The translations under genes were made by a program, and so were the position numbers. The notes below the pieces were generated by a model. It saw nothing but the letters and a program-made list of their open reading frames with translations. It ran no database searches and had not been told where the DNA came from. A stretch of 64,000 nucleotides of DNA, from assembly GCF_009914755.1 (NCBI RefSeq), contig NC_060930.1; one strand, given 5' to 3'. Below are positions 1-15,652 of the stretch, piece by piece. Numbering within the stretch: position 1 is the first letter of the stretch; every line of letters starts with the position of its first letter. This DNA comes from the human T2T-CHM13v2.0 reference genome, Homo sapiens.

Positions 1-163
1 AGTGTTTTGTGCACTCCCATTTTCATTTCACAGTGGTTTCACATACTGCTGAATTAGTTATTTTAGGCATAAAAATCATCAGCTTTTTCTGAAGTGAACA
101 TCCTGCCTCACAAAAGATGCAGAAGAAGTACAGTGCCATCGAATTAGTCACGGATGCTTGCTT

Positions 164-166
<3 letters not shown>

Positions 167-195
<29 letters not shown>
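167..195. repeat. Poly(T)29 mononucleotide tract
   Basis: Uninterrupted T run with no adjacent Alu or L1 body. Confidence 0.9.
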
Positions 196-197
<2 letters not shown>

Positions 198-566
198 AAA
201 CTCTGCCAAACCAGAACTGTTTCAGGGGTTCGTTTTACCTTTAAATGGAAGGACCAATTCCTAGGAGGAAATTATATTTTGCACATTAGGGTTAAAAATT
301 ATGTTTATTTTATTTTTGCAGCCAAAGAATTGCAACAAAACAGTTTTCTCTTTGCAGCTACTATTTACCGAGATAGCCTTTAAAAAGATCTCTCGTTTTC
401 CTGAGAACTCTGTTATTTCAAGTATGTTTTCTTTCTCTATTTTTTTGCCAGCTGTGAAAATTTTTATAAAACAGCTCCAATATGAATCTTTTATGACTAT
501 TCTTCAGTCATCTGAGTTATACTGAGCATGTAAGGCATAAGAGATACCCACTTTGGATACCAGTTC

Positions 567-586
567 AGAGAGAGAGAGAGAGAGAG
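567..586. repeat. (AG)n microsatellite
   Basis: agagag... run read directly. Confidence 0.85.
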
Positions 587-1644
587 CAGCAGCATGCAAT
601 CCACACAAAGGAAACTCAATCCTCTAACAGCTAATTAAAAAAGCATTACTTTCCACCAGGCCTGACCTCCAGCCATATAAAGGATAAAGATGGCTGTCTG
701 TCAATCATGTTTACCTAACAAATTCTGGCACGGGATCATGATGAATGGACAGATCTAAAAAGGGACGATATTGCTCAGAACTCCTAGGTACTCTTAATAC
801 CACCTTTAAAGAGGCAGAAGACCTCATCAGTAATTTGAAACCTCTGCCTCAGTGCTAGGGATACACCAGAGCTAAATTTGCTGAGGACCAGCAGATACTA
901 GATACAAGAAGGTCAGTAGAAACATATTTTCACATCCTCAAGGATTTTGACGTAAGTATATTTAAGATATCATAATGACTTCATGCATCTGAATGTTTTC
1001 ATTCAGATCTTTTTAAACCTTTGCAGTCACTTGAGACTAAGCCAAAAACCTAACAGTAGACTGCGTCTGTTCTTCCCTGAAGTTATCCCAAAATCAACCA
1101 GCAAGAAGGAATCCTTGAAATTATTTAGTCCATGTTCCTATTCCAGGCAGGCCAGCAATATCATTTTCTCTTTCAGCCATAAAAATGCTAAGAGAAGGTG
1201 AGTTCATAATTTACGTTGCTATGCTATTACAGAGATTGAAAGCTTTTATAGCCAAGAAATTTTTCCTAAATCTAAACTAGATCCTATCTTTTTAAAAACA
1301 ACATTTCATTATTTCCTTCATTAAACTTTTTTTTAAAGTAAGCTTTTAACATCAGCCATAAAATATTCTTCACAACTTTCCACTATGCAGACTACTTTGA
1401 AGAGAACTTTGGATAGAAAAAAGTTCACGCTAGGGAACACTAGCTGGCCCTGATTCTCTCCTGTCAGATAATGAATGGGATCATTATCGCCGCAGGTTTT
1501 CTAACCTGTGTTTCCCAACACAGCCCTGGCTACAGCTGGCCTATCCTTTGCATCCTTCGGGGCTTACCTTATCTACTTTAATACTGATTTTGGACCACAG
1601 CAAGGAAAAAAAATAGATCTTTTATCGTAAAAATGAAAATTTTT

Positions 1645-1869
1645 ACTGCAACCTCCATCTCCCAGACTCAAGGGATTCTCCTGCCTCAGCCTCCTAAGAA
1701 GCTGGGATTACAGGTGTGCACCACCCCGCCTGGCTAATTTTTGTATTTTTAGTAGAGATGGGGTTTCACCATGTTGGCCAGGCTGGTCTCGAACTCCTGA
1801 CCTCAGGTGATCCTCCTGCCTCGGCCTCACAAAATGCTGGGATTACAGGCGTGAGCCACCGTGCTGGCC
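1645..1869 (-). mobile_element. Alu (AluS-like) lacking its 3' end and poly(A) tail
   Basis: ctgcaacctcc...gctaatttttgtatttttagtagagatggggtttcaccatgttggccaggctgg...gtgagccacc matches Alu antisense. Confidence 0.93.
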
Positions 1870-2309
1870 ATTTACCAGCATTTTTGAGCTCCAGATGCTG
1901 TATCCAGAGATCACATGGTGGCAAAAAATAAATTGACTAAGTGTGATGGTGGTATATTCTCATGGTTCTTACCTCTTGGGGTGCTATGTATACATTTTTC
2001 ATTTATTTTAATTTATTTTGCTAACTCAGGTTGAGACTGTGGTCTATCATATCTCTTTTCTCTACCATCTTTATGCAGGTTGTTTTATTTCTCCCCTGAA
2101 TCAGATGACAAATGTGAAAGTACTTTATTTTATAATTATCCTAATTACATATTATGATTTTTTTCACTCCTTTACCAAGCCCCTTCTCTAATGTATGCAT
2201 ATCCGTTCTCAACATTTTCTTGTTACGCACATATAGCTTTTGGAATGTATTTATAATTGCCCTCTAATTATTTAATGTAAGTTCGTCTTGTCTTTTCAAA
2301 GGCAAGGGG

Positions 2310-2505
2310 TAGTAAGGAATGGTAGCTGTACCTCAACCATTCCCTGAGGCAAGTTAACTAACTTCTTCATGCCTCAGTTTATCACAAGTAATATGAGGCA
2401 TAATAACAATACCTTTACATAGGATTATTGTGAAGATTACAAAATTGGTGCAGTGCTTACAGCAATTTCTAATACATAATGAGCACTGTAAATATAGTTA
2501 TTATG
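2310..2505 (+). mobile_element. MIR SINE
   Basis: ggcaagttaactaacttcttcatgcctcagttt...ataacaatacct...ggattattgtgaagatta is the MIR core. Confidence 0.7.
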
Positions 2506-3212
2506 AAGAGCTAGTCATTCATTTAATGTTATAATAGTATCATTTGAAAGTCTAAGCAATCCATAAAAATGTGAGTCCCTGAAGGTAATCTCTATTTTTT
2601 GCTCAATTGCATTTGTTACATGTGCTCTTTTTCTCCCCTTCTGGCTGATATTCTAGCATTAGTAGTTATTCCTTGGTCAGGCACCCTCTCAGATGTCTGC
2701 TCCTTCATAATTTGCAAAACTACTTATCCCAGGTATCTCAATGCCTTTAGAGGACACACTTAAATCATTGTTCTTCAGAGTCCACTAATCAGACCTATTT
2801 TCCTCTGCTGATTTTTTAGATTTGCAATTCTATGAAAAGTATTACCAGGCTAATTTGGTTTATTGTTCTCACTCATCACATTAAGATTTTACTTAATCCA
2901 ATGAATTTGCTCCTTATAAATGGAATTTGGGTAGCGAGTTTTATTATATTTTCAAACTTTGTCTATAATTTTAATGACCTGTTCTGTGTCCTTCTTTTAG
3001 CTGGCGAATATATCAATGCCAACCTTTGATCTTTTTTCCCAATTGCTAATAAGAGATTAAGTTGTAAGTATCTACATATTCTGGTTAAATGAGATTATAG
3101 CTCCTTGTCTATTCTTCATGTCCACAAACACATTATTTTAGTGTGCAAAGAAATACAATGAGGATATTGGGGAATTCTACTTAGTGATATGAATTCACTA
3201 TCATTTTGGGAC

Positions 3213-3248
3213 TGTGTGTGTGTGTATCTGTGTGTGTGTATGTATGTG
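3213..3248. repeat. Imperfect (TG)n microsatellite
   Basis: tgtgtgtgtgtgtatctgtgtgtgtgtatgtatgtg. Confidence 0.8.
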
Positions 3249-4239
3249 ATTTCCTTGCCATTGCTGAGAAGGGAAAGATAATTTAAATAATTTGTGACAT
3301 ATTAATGATGCCTAGTTGAAATACATCTGTAACTTGTAATGTTTAATAGTGGTGAGAAAGTTTAATTTGCCCTCTCTTTTACCTGTTTTGTAAAAAGAAG
3401 ACTATTTGAGTTTAGAGAAAGTGAAACACTAAGCAGAGCATATTATGTAGCTCCTTCTTTTCATTTGCTTTTCATGAGCTTCACCCTAAAATTCCTTTAA
3501 ATGTCTGTCTTCATAACGGCTTTTGGCACTGTTTTTTTTGGGTGACCTAATGAGGAATGCAACACAAGAAAGAAGTGTAAGGACTTTGAGCCCTGCAGAC
3601 AAATATCTGCAATCAATCATAAAATTTACAGCAGATACTAAAAAAGAGAAATGATTTTACAGAGAAAGGGTCTAGAGTGACATAATGTCATCATAGGAAA
3701 AGACTCTAAATGGCATTTAATTCCAGCGTACTCCAGAGGTGCAACTGATATTTCATAAATCATCTACATTAAAATATTATGTTAAAGGGCTATAAAGTGG
3801 AGGCATCAATGGATGTAATTTAAAGTGTCTGGTCTCAAAATGGAGTCACTCCCTTGAGACTGATAAGAACCATAGCTGTCTCCTACACAGAACTTCATGA
3901 TAGAACTTTTTCAATCTCAGAATTACTATAGTAGAAGAAAGTGATTTATAGACCAAAAATCCGGGGAGTTCCTTTCCATATCATGCTGATTCCATTATGG
4001 TATGACTGTCCAACACTGTTTTGAAGGGGTCGGGGAGAAAGTAGACCAGTTGTCGAAGGTGAGTTTCCAAGGAGAAGCAATACTGTATGGTAGAAGTGAG
4101 CAGCCTACAAGGCAGCCCACGAATTGGCCATATAGGTACAGGTAACACATCATATGAAAAATCTTAAATAGATATTTCAATGGAGGCATCAAGACAATCA
4201 ATGCCACAATTCAAAGAAAGTGATGAGACCATGAAGCAG

Positions 4240-4820
4240 TTTTCTTTTTTATTTTCATGGAAAATTTCGAGTACTTACACAAGTATGTTGAATAGTAGAA
4301 TGAATCCCTTTGTACTCATCACTGGGCTTCAACACATAACCAGTCTTATTTTATCTCTATGCTTCTCCATCCGCTAGCGGATTGTTTTAAAACAAATTCC
4401 AGACATCATATCACCTCATCTGTAAATATCTTAGTATGTATTGCTAAAAGATAAGAAAACTTCAATGTTAAACATAGCCAAAATACCATTATTCCTCTGA
4501 AAAGTTTAACTGTGTTTCCTTAATATCATCATATATCCAGCAGTGTTCACATTTCCCTGATTGTCTCATAACTTTTTTATAGTTAGCATGTTTGACTTAG
4601 GATCTAAACAAAGTCCATGACTCATATTTGGTTGGTGTGTCTCTTCAGTTTCTTTTAATTTATAGATTTCTTTCCCCTCCTTATTTTTTGCCCTTGTCAT
4701 TAATTTGTTGAAAAAACTGGGTTGTTTGTCCTGTAGTTTTTCACATTCTGGATTTTACTGATTGCATTCTTGTTTAGTATGTCCCTCTGCGTTTCTTGTA
4801 AACTGACAATATGATTTAGA
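4240..4820 (-). mobile_element. Old L1M (L1MC4/L1ME-like) 3' fragment
   Basis: aaacaaattccagacatcata...atatccag..gtgttcacatttccctgattgtctc...cacattctggatttt resembles L1MC/ME 3' antisense. Confidence 0.6.
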
Positions 4821-5369
4821 AGCTTGAATAACATCAAATTTTCAAAGACTATGGGCAAAAACTAGATCTTTTCAATCTGTCACCCACATAGAAGGTAGAA
4901 AGAGTAAAGGTTAGACAGGATATTAAGAGAGGAAGTGATATGCTGTGAGTCTTCTTTCACCTTAATTCAAAAGGAAAGGGCTTTAATAAGACCCTCTCTG
5001 ACCCCAGCATTGGGTCAGTATTTGGATCTAAAAAAAAAAAATTCTGAAAGATGAGTGATGGTTGGGCTAGCTACTTTAATTGTGGAGCCAAGATGAGGTA
5101 GCTCTGTTTAGATTTGCACTCCTGAAGTTTGTCAGACCAGAGAATGTGTGAGATCATCCTGTGGACCATTAAGTGTGAAACAGTGGCATAGATGATTTTA
5201 GATTCTAACAAGAAGGCTACTAGAAAGAAAGCACTGATGTCTATGGGCAGAAGAAGGAGTAAGAGAACAACCAGAGCAAAGATGAATTTGCCCTTGATAA
5301 AGGAACTTCAGGAAGAAATCAGAAGTCGTTGATGATCCTGTGGTTGTTAATAGGTAGTTCACCCAAAAT

Positions 5370-5910
5370 CCGATGAAAACTCCCAGGAATGACTTGATTC
5401 TTGCTTACATGCCTTCAATACAATCCAAAATCATGGCCATGGACCACAAGGTGTTATCAACATTTTTACTTCAGCATCCTCCAACCTTCTTGGCTGTTCC
5501 TATAGTTTTTGCTCTATTTTATTTTAAGAAATACTTAGGTTGCTCCTTGCTTAGACATTTGGCCTTTGTTCTTGGCTCCTTGTAAAACTCTTTTTCTCAA
5601 AATCTTTGCATGACCTCTTCTAATCATTTGAGGAGCTTTCTACTCAGAAGTCACCTTTTTAGAAGGGCTCCATAACAATGATCTATAGCAATTCCTTCTG
5701 CACTTGCCCTAGCTAGACTCTATCAAGTTACTGTGCATGCTTTCTTAGTAGCACTTACCTATACCTGAACTAATGTTTAGTCTTTGGTGCTTCCCACCCC
5801 AATCCTAGACTATAAGCTCCATTATAGACAGGCAGTCTTGCCTGAATCACCAGCAGCTATGACAACAGTGCATGGTATGAATAGCTGCTTAAGAATTTTT
5901 TGTTAACTAA
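5370..5910 (+). mobile_element. L2 LINE 3' fragment
   Basis: aatccaaaatc...tagactataagctcc...acaacagtgcatggtatgaatag; L2 3'-end motifs. Confidence 0.55.
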
Positions 5911-7061
5911 TCCACTACAATTTTAACTTATCCTTATAGTTGAATTACATTTTAAATATTGATATCACTTCAAGCAGTGCTTTGCAAAATGTATTTAATG
6001 ACTATCAAATTGATCTCTTTTGCATTTTACCCATTTCTTTAGTGATTTTCTTATTTTATTTAATTTTATCCACCCTAAGACATAGAATTTCAGAAATTGA
6101 GGAGAACAAAGTCAGCCCTCTTATTTTACAAACGAAAGAACTCAGAGAGGATAAGTGTCTTATTGAAAGGTATAAAAGATCCACTAGAGTTATGGTTTTT
6201 CCATCAAATAAACTATTTGCTATTTCTTCCATTAGTATTAGATTTGTTTTATTAACTTGATTATAAGCTTGCTGCTGACACACTGATTTATACATTTACC
6301 TAAACTTCCACAGAATCTATCCTAGTGCTGAGCATAAATGTGGTCTTCAAAAAATACAAGTTGCTTAATTGATTTATTGGAATATCAGAAGGACATTCAA
6401 AACAATTTCAAGAACAATTATTTGAAAAAAATGTGGCATTACCCAAATTCCTCCTTCAAACATTTGAATTTTATTACCATGATAATTATTTTAAGTGAAA
6501 TAACATTTTCTATTCTTTCTGTTTTCATATGAATGTGTAAAGATGAAGTATTCAAGAAAACCTTTTTTCTTTTCAGAGATTTCTTTGCTATTTGAGCCAT
6601 GGTTTTCCCATTTGGGGAAATAAAGGAAAACTAATTTAGAAAAATATTTTTATCAAAGGCTGTATAAAACAGCAAATGGTTTAACTAATTCTCTTCACTA
6701 AAGATGAATTTATTTTAATAAAAAGAGCATCAGAGTAAGAGTTGACCTGTAGACCTAGTTTATCCATGAACTAGTTGTGTGATGTTAGGCTTAATGCAAA
6801 TTTATGTGCTTTTATTTTCTCATCCCTAGTATATCTGTGCAGAACTCAGTAGGTAAAATAAGATAATAAAAGTGAAAGCACTTTTTTGAAATGATAAAAG
6901 TCTATTGATGCTGAAGTTTCTATGTGACTGTAATGATTCCTCTATGCTGAGCAGCACAAAAGAAAAAAGTCACACTTCAGCAACTATCAACTATTTAGAA
7001 TCATAGATCTCAGAGGGAAAAGGATATTAAAGGCCCCTCTCTGCTTAAGTGTCTTTTATAA

Positions 7062-7331
7062 CAGGTTTCCTAAAGTGGAAATGTGTAGCACTGGTGGTAC
7101 ATGAGGTGACTTTAGATGGATCATGAGTGAATGTTTTACATTATGTGCTTATTTTAAAGAATTTTGGAAAAAAGGATAATATCAAGACATCAAACCTTTA
7201 ATATGAAAGATATTACTGCTTTCAACATTAATGTATTTAAGCAAAGAAGGTATCATTTTAATTAAAAAAATCAAGACATAAATAGAAACTCATGATATAA
7301 GTCTTTAAATGACTAAAGCTTGGGAAATACT
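7062..7331. mobile_element. hAT-Charlie MITE (MER112/113-like)
   Basis: Degenerate TIRs caggtttcctaaagt...agcttgggaaatact; internal cactggtggtacatgaggtgactttag. Confidence 0.5.
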
Positions 7332-8286
7332 TTTTTACAACCATCTGTGAAGTATAATAGTTGCTTGGCCTCTGACAAACCAAAGATGAAAATCCCACTG
7401 CTGAACCAGGAAGCTTACTCTGTTTGGAAACCTCTGAACATCTGAAAATATTACTTTTACCAGTGTGAAATCCATCTCATTGTAGCTTCCAACATTTGAT
7501 CTTGATCCTACAAATTGAGGACACCAAGAACAAGGCTAATTGTTTTTCCTCACTACAGTTCTCACTCCCTGTGGTCGCCGTACCATGATGCCAAGAATTG
7601 ACAAGAACCTTTGTCTTCTACCCCAGTGTCCACCTACAGTGTCACTAACAAGGGCAGCAGGGTTGGGCTTTAATGATGCACGTTGGTAAAATTGGAATTG
7701 TTTTGGTTTCCTGACTCCCTCCAAATCTTTCTATATATTTTTATTTTGGCCAATTCTATTGGGACTGATAATTTTCTTTCTAACTTTAAAAACTTTTATA
7801 AATTGGGAGGAATTTGTAAGTTTTGAATTTGCTTACACTAAAATAGTTGTGAATGTGTTTGCTTTTCTAGGAGAGAAAGAGTCATCACAAATTTTAAAAT
7901 GAGTTTTCTGTGAGATATTTTTCTCGCTTCCAAAATTACAGTTTGCTGTTTACCAAAGGTGAGCCAACTTGAGTATTTTCCCATCTCATTTTTTTCTAAA
8001 CTTGGTTTACATTGGGACTTTTGTTTTCTTTCTTTTTTTTTTTCTGAAACGTTTTCTTTTCTTTTCTTCTTTTTTATTTTTAATTATACTTTAAGTTCTA
8101 GGGTACATGTGCACAACGTGCAGGTTTGTTACATAGGTATACATGTGCTATGTTGGTGTGCTGCACCCATTAACTCGTCATTTACATTAGGTATTTCTCC
8201 TAATGCTATCCCTCTCCCAGCCCCCCACCCCACGACAGGCCCCGGTGTGTGATGTTCCCTGCCCTGTGTCCATGTGTTCTCATTGT

Positions 8287-12090
<3,804 letters not shown>

Positions 12091-12153
12091 TATGGTGTTA
12101 GCTGGTTATTTTGCTCATTAGTTGGTGCAGTTTCTTCCTAGCCTTGATGGTCT

Positions 12154-13030
12154 TTACAATTTGGTATGTTTTTGCAGTGGCTGGTACTGGTTGTTCCTTT
12201 CCATGTTTAATGCTTCCTTCAGCAGCTCTTGTAAGGCAGGCTTGGTGATGACAAAATCTCTCAGCATTTGTTTGTCTGTAAAGGATTTTATTTCTCCTTC
12301 ACTTATGAAGCTTAGTTTGGCCGGATATGAAATTCTGGGTTAAAAATTCTTTTCTTTAAAAATGTTGAATATGACCCCCACTCCCTTCTGGCTTGTAGAG
12401 TTTCTGCCAAGTGATCTGCTGTTAGTCTGATGGGCTTCCCTTTGTGGGTAGCCCGACCTTTCTCTCTGGCTGCCCTTAATATTTTTTCCTTCATTTCAAC
12501 TTTGGTGAATCTGACAATTATGTGTCTTGGAGTTGCTCTTCTCGAGGAGTATCTTTGTGGCATTCTCTGTATTTCCTGAATTTGAATGTTGGGCTGCCTC
12601 ACTAGGTTGGGGAAGTTCTCATGGATAATATCCTGAAGAGTGTTTTCCAACTTGGTTCCATTCTCCCCGTCACTTTCAGGTACACCAATCAGAAGTAGAT
12701 TTGGTCTTTTCACGTAGTCCCATATTTCTTGGAGGCTTTGTTTGTTTCTTTTTACTTTTTTCTCTAAACTTCTCTTCTCACTTCATTTCATTCATTTGAT
12801 CTTCAATCACTGATACCCTTTCTTCCACTTGATCGAATCGGCTGTTGAAGCTTGTGCATGCATCACGTAGTTCTCATGCCATGGTTTTCAGCTCCATCAG
12901 GTCACTTAATATCTTCTCTACGCTGTTTATTCTGATTAGCCATTCGTCTTATCTTTTTTCAAGGTTTTTAGCTTCTTTGCAATGAGTTCAAAATCCTCCT
13001 TTAGCTCAAAGAAGTTTGTTATTACTGATT
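12154..13030 (-). pseudogene. L1 ORF1, N-terminus deleted and disrupted
   Basis: KRPNLLLIGVPESDGENGTKLENTLQDII...RRATPRHIIVRF is ORF1p; homology stops abruptly at about 13030. Confidence 0.9.
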
Positions 13031-13139
13031 GTTGAATTCATCCCTTTACCATTATATAATGGCCTTCTTTGTCTCTTTTGATCTTTGTTGTTTTAAAGTC
13101 AGTTTTATCAGAGACTAGGATTGGAACCCCTGCTCAGCA

Positions 13140-13472
13140 ATGGCGGATGCCCCTCCCCATGCCAGGCTGCTGCCTCGCAGATCGATCTCAGACTGCTGCA
13201 CTAGCAGGGAGCAAGGCTCCGTGGGCATGGGACTTGCCAAGCCATGTGCAGGATATAATCTCCTGGTGTGCTGTTTGCTAAGACCATTGGAAAAGTTCAG
13301 TATTTGGTTGGGAGTGCCCTGTTTTTCCAGGTACAGCCTGTCATGGCTTCCCTTGGCTAGGAAAGAGAAATCCCCCAACCCCTTGCACTTCCCGGGTGAG
13401 GCAGTGCTCCGCCCTGCTTCAGCTTGCCCTCTGTGGGCTGCACCCACTGTCCAACCAGTCCCAGTGAGATGA
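13140..13472 (+). CDS. ORF0: L1 ORF0-like antisense ORF, open for 110 aa (expression unknown)
   Basis: MADAPPHARLLPRRSISDCC...GYNLLV...PCFSR aligns with primate L1 ORF0 (MAGAPPPASLPPCSLISDCC...). Kozak context gcaATGG; lies in the L1 5'UTR. Confidence 0.6.
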   Translation: MADAPPHARLLPRRSISDCCTSREQGSVGMGLAKPCAGYNLLVCCLLRPLEKFSIWLGVPCFSRYSLSWLPLARKEKSPNPLHFPGEAVLRPASACPLWAAPTVQPVPVR

Positions 13473-14140
13473 ACCAGGTACCTCAGTTGGAAATGCAGAA
13501 ATCACCCATCTTCTGCATTGATCACGCTGGGAGCTGCTGAGTGGAGCTGTTCCTATTTGGCCATCTTGAAATGGACCCCCCCCGGGACTTTTATTTCCAA
13601 GCTATGTCTCTGCTATCATTTCTTTGGAGATGTCAACTATATTAAGAAAAAAGGAGGAGAGTTTAACTTTTTAAAAATATAAAAATATGTTGACATATTT
13701 TATTCAAAATCATATTTGCCTGAAACTTCTGAGGTTTTATGAACATAGCAGCTTCTCATTTCTTTCCATGTGTGAAAAGGAACTAGAGTAGAAGAATAAT
13801 GCAAAGGAACAAAGCCACTAAGAGTTACTACCTTCTGTCCATTTCACTGTCCAGGTGAGAGGAGCAGCCTGATTGGAGAGGCACAGTTGATGCCCTGTGA
13901 CTGGAGCACATGGAGAAAGACCAAAGTTACAAGAGATGAAATTAAATGGCTTATTTATGTCTAACTCACATAGACTTACAATATCATCATAATTCTGCCA
14001 ATTTTGTGGCTGTCCCGATGAAAGGAGAGCTGACCAACTTCCCAAGAAAAACCCACAGGCCATGAGGGACCTCTAATAAACATCGACCTCTTGTGAGTTT
14101 TTCTAGTGGAAGTGAATTTCTCCTCTGGGAATACTACTTT

Positions 14141-14285
14141 ATATTTTTATTTTTATTTTTTTGAGACGGAATCTTGCTCAGTTGCCCAGGCGGGAGTGCA
14201 GTGGCACAATCTCAGCTCACTGCAACCTCTGCCTCCTGGTTCAAGCGTTTCTCCTGCCTCAGCCTCCTGAGTAGCTGGGATTACT
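14141..14285 (-). mobile_element. Alu right monomer, 5'-truncated
   Basis: T-rich tail followed by gagacggaatcttgctc...gagtagctgggatta. Confidence 0.9.
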
Positions 14286-14589
14286 ATTTTAAGTAGAAAA
14301 TCTGACTACTACGAGAGGATTTTCTACTAAACTTATGACCACAAGAACAAGAAAGTTTATTGTGTTGCCATTGTAACTGGGGTGAATTTGTGTTGCATCC
14401 CAGAAGCCCAACCATAGAGTCTAGCTGGGATGGGATGCAAGGTAAATGGGGACTAGAAAAAGATGGCGGGGGAAGGAAGCTTGGACACTGACTTGGCTAA
14501 ACGGACTGGATCCCCAAAGTGAGTAACAAGTACTTACATGTGCACTGTACAAAACAGGGGAGTGAACTTGGACTTGACTCCAGCAGATG

Positions 14590-15090
14590 CTAGTGTCATA
14601 GGTTAGTTAATTAATTGATGGGGCAGATCATGGGAATTGGTGATACATTGCATCAGCCAACCAATGACACTGTGTATCTGGGAGTGATCAATCTGTTTAA
14701 AGTGCACCTTCACACACACCTGTGAGGAAAAACAGGAAGGGAGCCAGATGAAGGTGGGAGAGCCATCAAGACTGTAATGCAAGTCAGTCCTCGGGTGAAG
14801 GAAAGAAGAGAGGAAGCAGGGTTGGGTGGGAGCCTCTTAGATTGCAGTGCCCAACCATCAGGGAGTCCTGTAGCTGAAGTCAGCCATAAGTGAAGTCCAA
14901 AATTGCTCAAGGATTGGCCTGCCTTAGTATTTCTGCTGCACCCAGTTATTGGCTGGGGAGCACCCTGTGGGAATATTGGCCTTGGCAAAAACACAGTAAT
15001 GGATTCTAGAATGTAGCAACTGGGGCCATCAGTCAATTACCTCCTGGAAGGCAGAGATCTGAGGGGTGTATTTTCATGGCCACTAATACA
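14590..15090. mobile_element. MLT1 (ERVL-MaLR) LTR, old subfamily
   Basis: ccagttattggctggggagcaccctg...ggcagagatctgaggggtg resembles MLT1F-H. Confidence 0.5.
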
Positions 15091-15289
15091 TCTGACTTCT
15101 CTTCCTCCTACACTCTTCTTGGCTTAATCCATCCCAGCCTTTCTTGTCTTCTCTGGTGTTCCCTGAACATGCCAAATGTGCTCCTAACTCAGAGCTTTTG
15201 TAGTGGCTGCTTCCAGGACTTCCATTAGCCTAAAGGTTGTCTTTGTGAGACTCAGGAAAAGGTGCCCCTTTCTCAAGGCAGACTCTTAC

Positions 15290-15652
15290 ATGGCTACCCT
15301 GGGCCTGTTCTCCTGGCCTGGCACACTGTTCTCTCAGATATTTGCAGTGTTGGTTCTGTCGCATCCTTCAGGTCTTTGCAGATATTGTCATTTTAGTTAC
15401 ACTTTTCTTTACCCTATTTTAAAATAGTCCTCTCCATGAAACACACATAATTTCTCTTTCCTGCTTTACTTTTCTCCATGAAACTTACCCCTTCTGATAT
15501 GCTATATATTTCCTAATTTATTCTATTGTTCTTTTCACACTAACATAAAGTCTTTCCATGAGGGCAGGTTTTTATTTTTTTTTTAATGTTTTTTTTGCTG
15601 CTTTATCTGCAGAATCCAAAAACATGCCTGGAACATGGTAAGTACTCAAATA
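15290..15652 (+). mobile_element. L2 3' end, interrupted by Hsmar2
   Basis: tccatgagggcagg...atgcctggaacatggtaagtactcaaa[ta], resuming as tttgttgaat after 16842. Confidence 0.65.

Noticed and set aside
1177-1197. IKMLRE reading resembling a kinase VAIK motif
   Set aside because: Only six residues, with no other kinase exons in the window.
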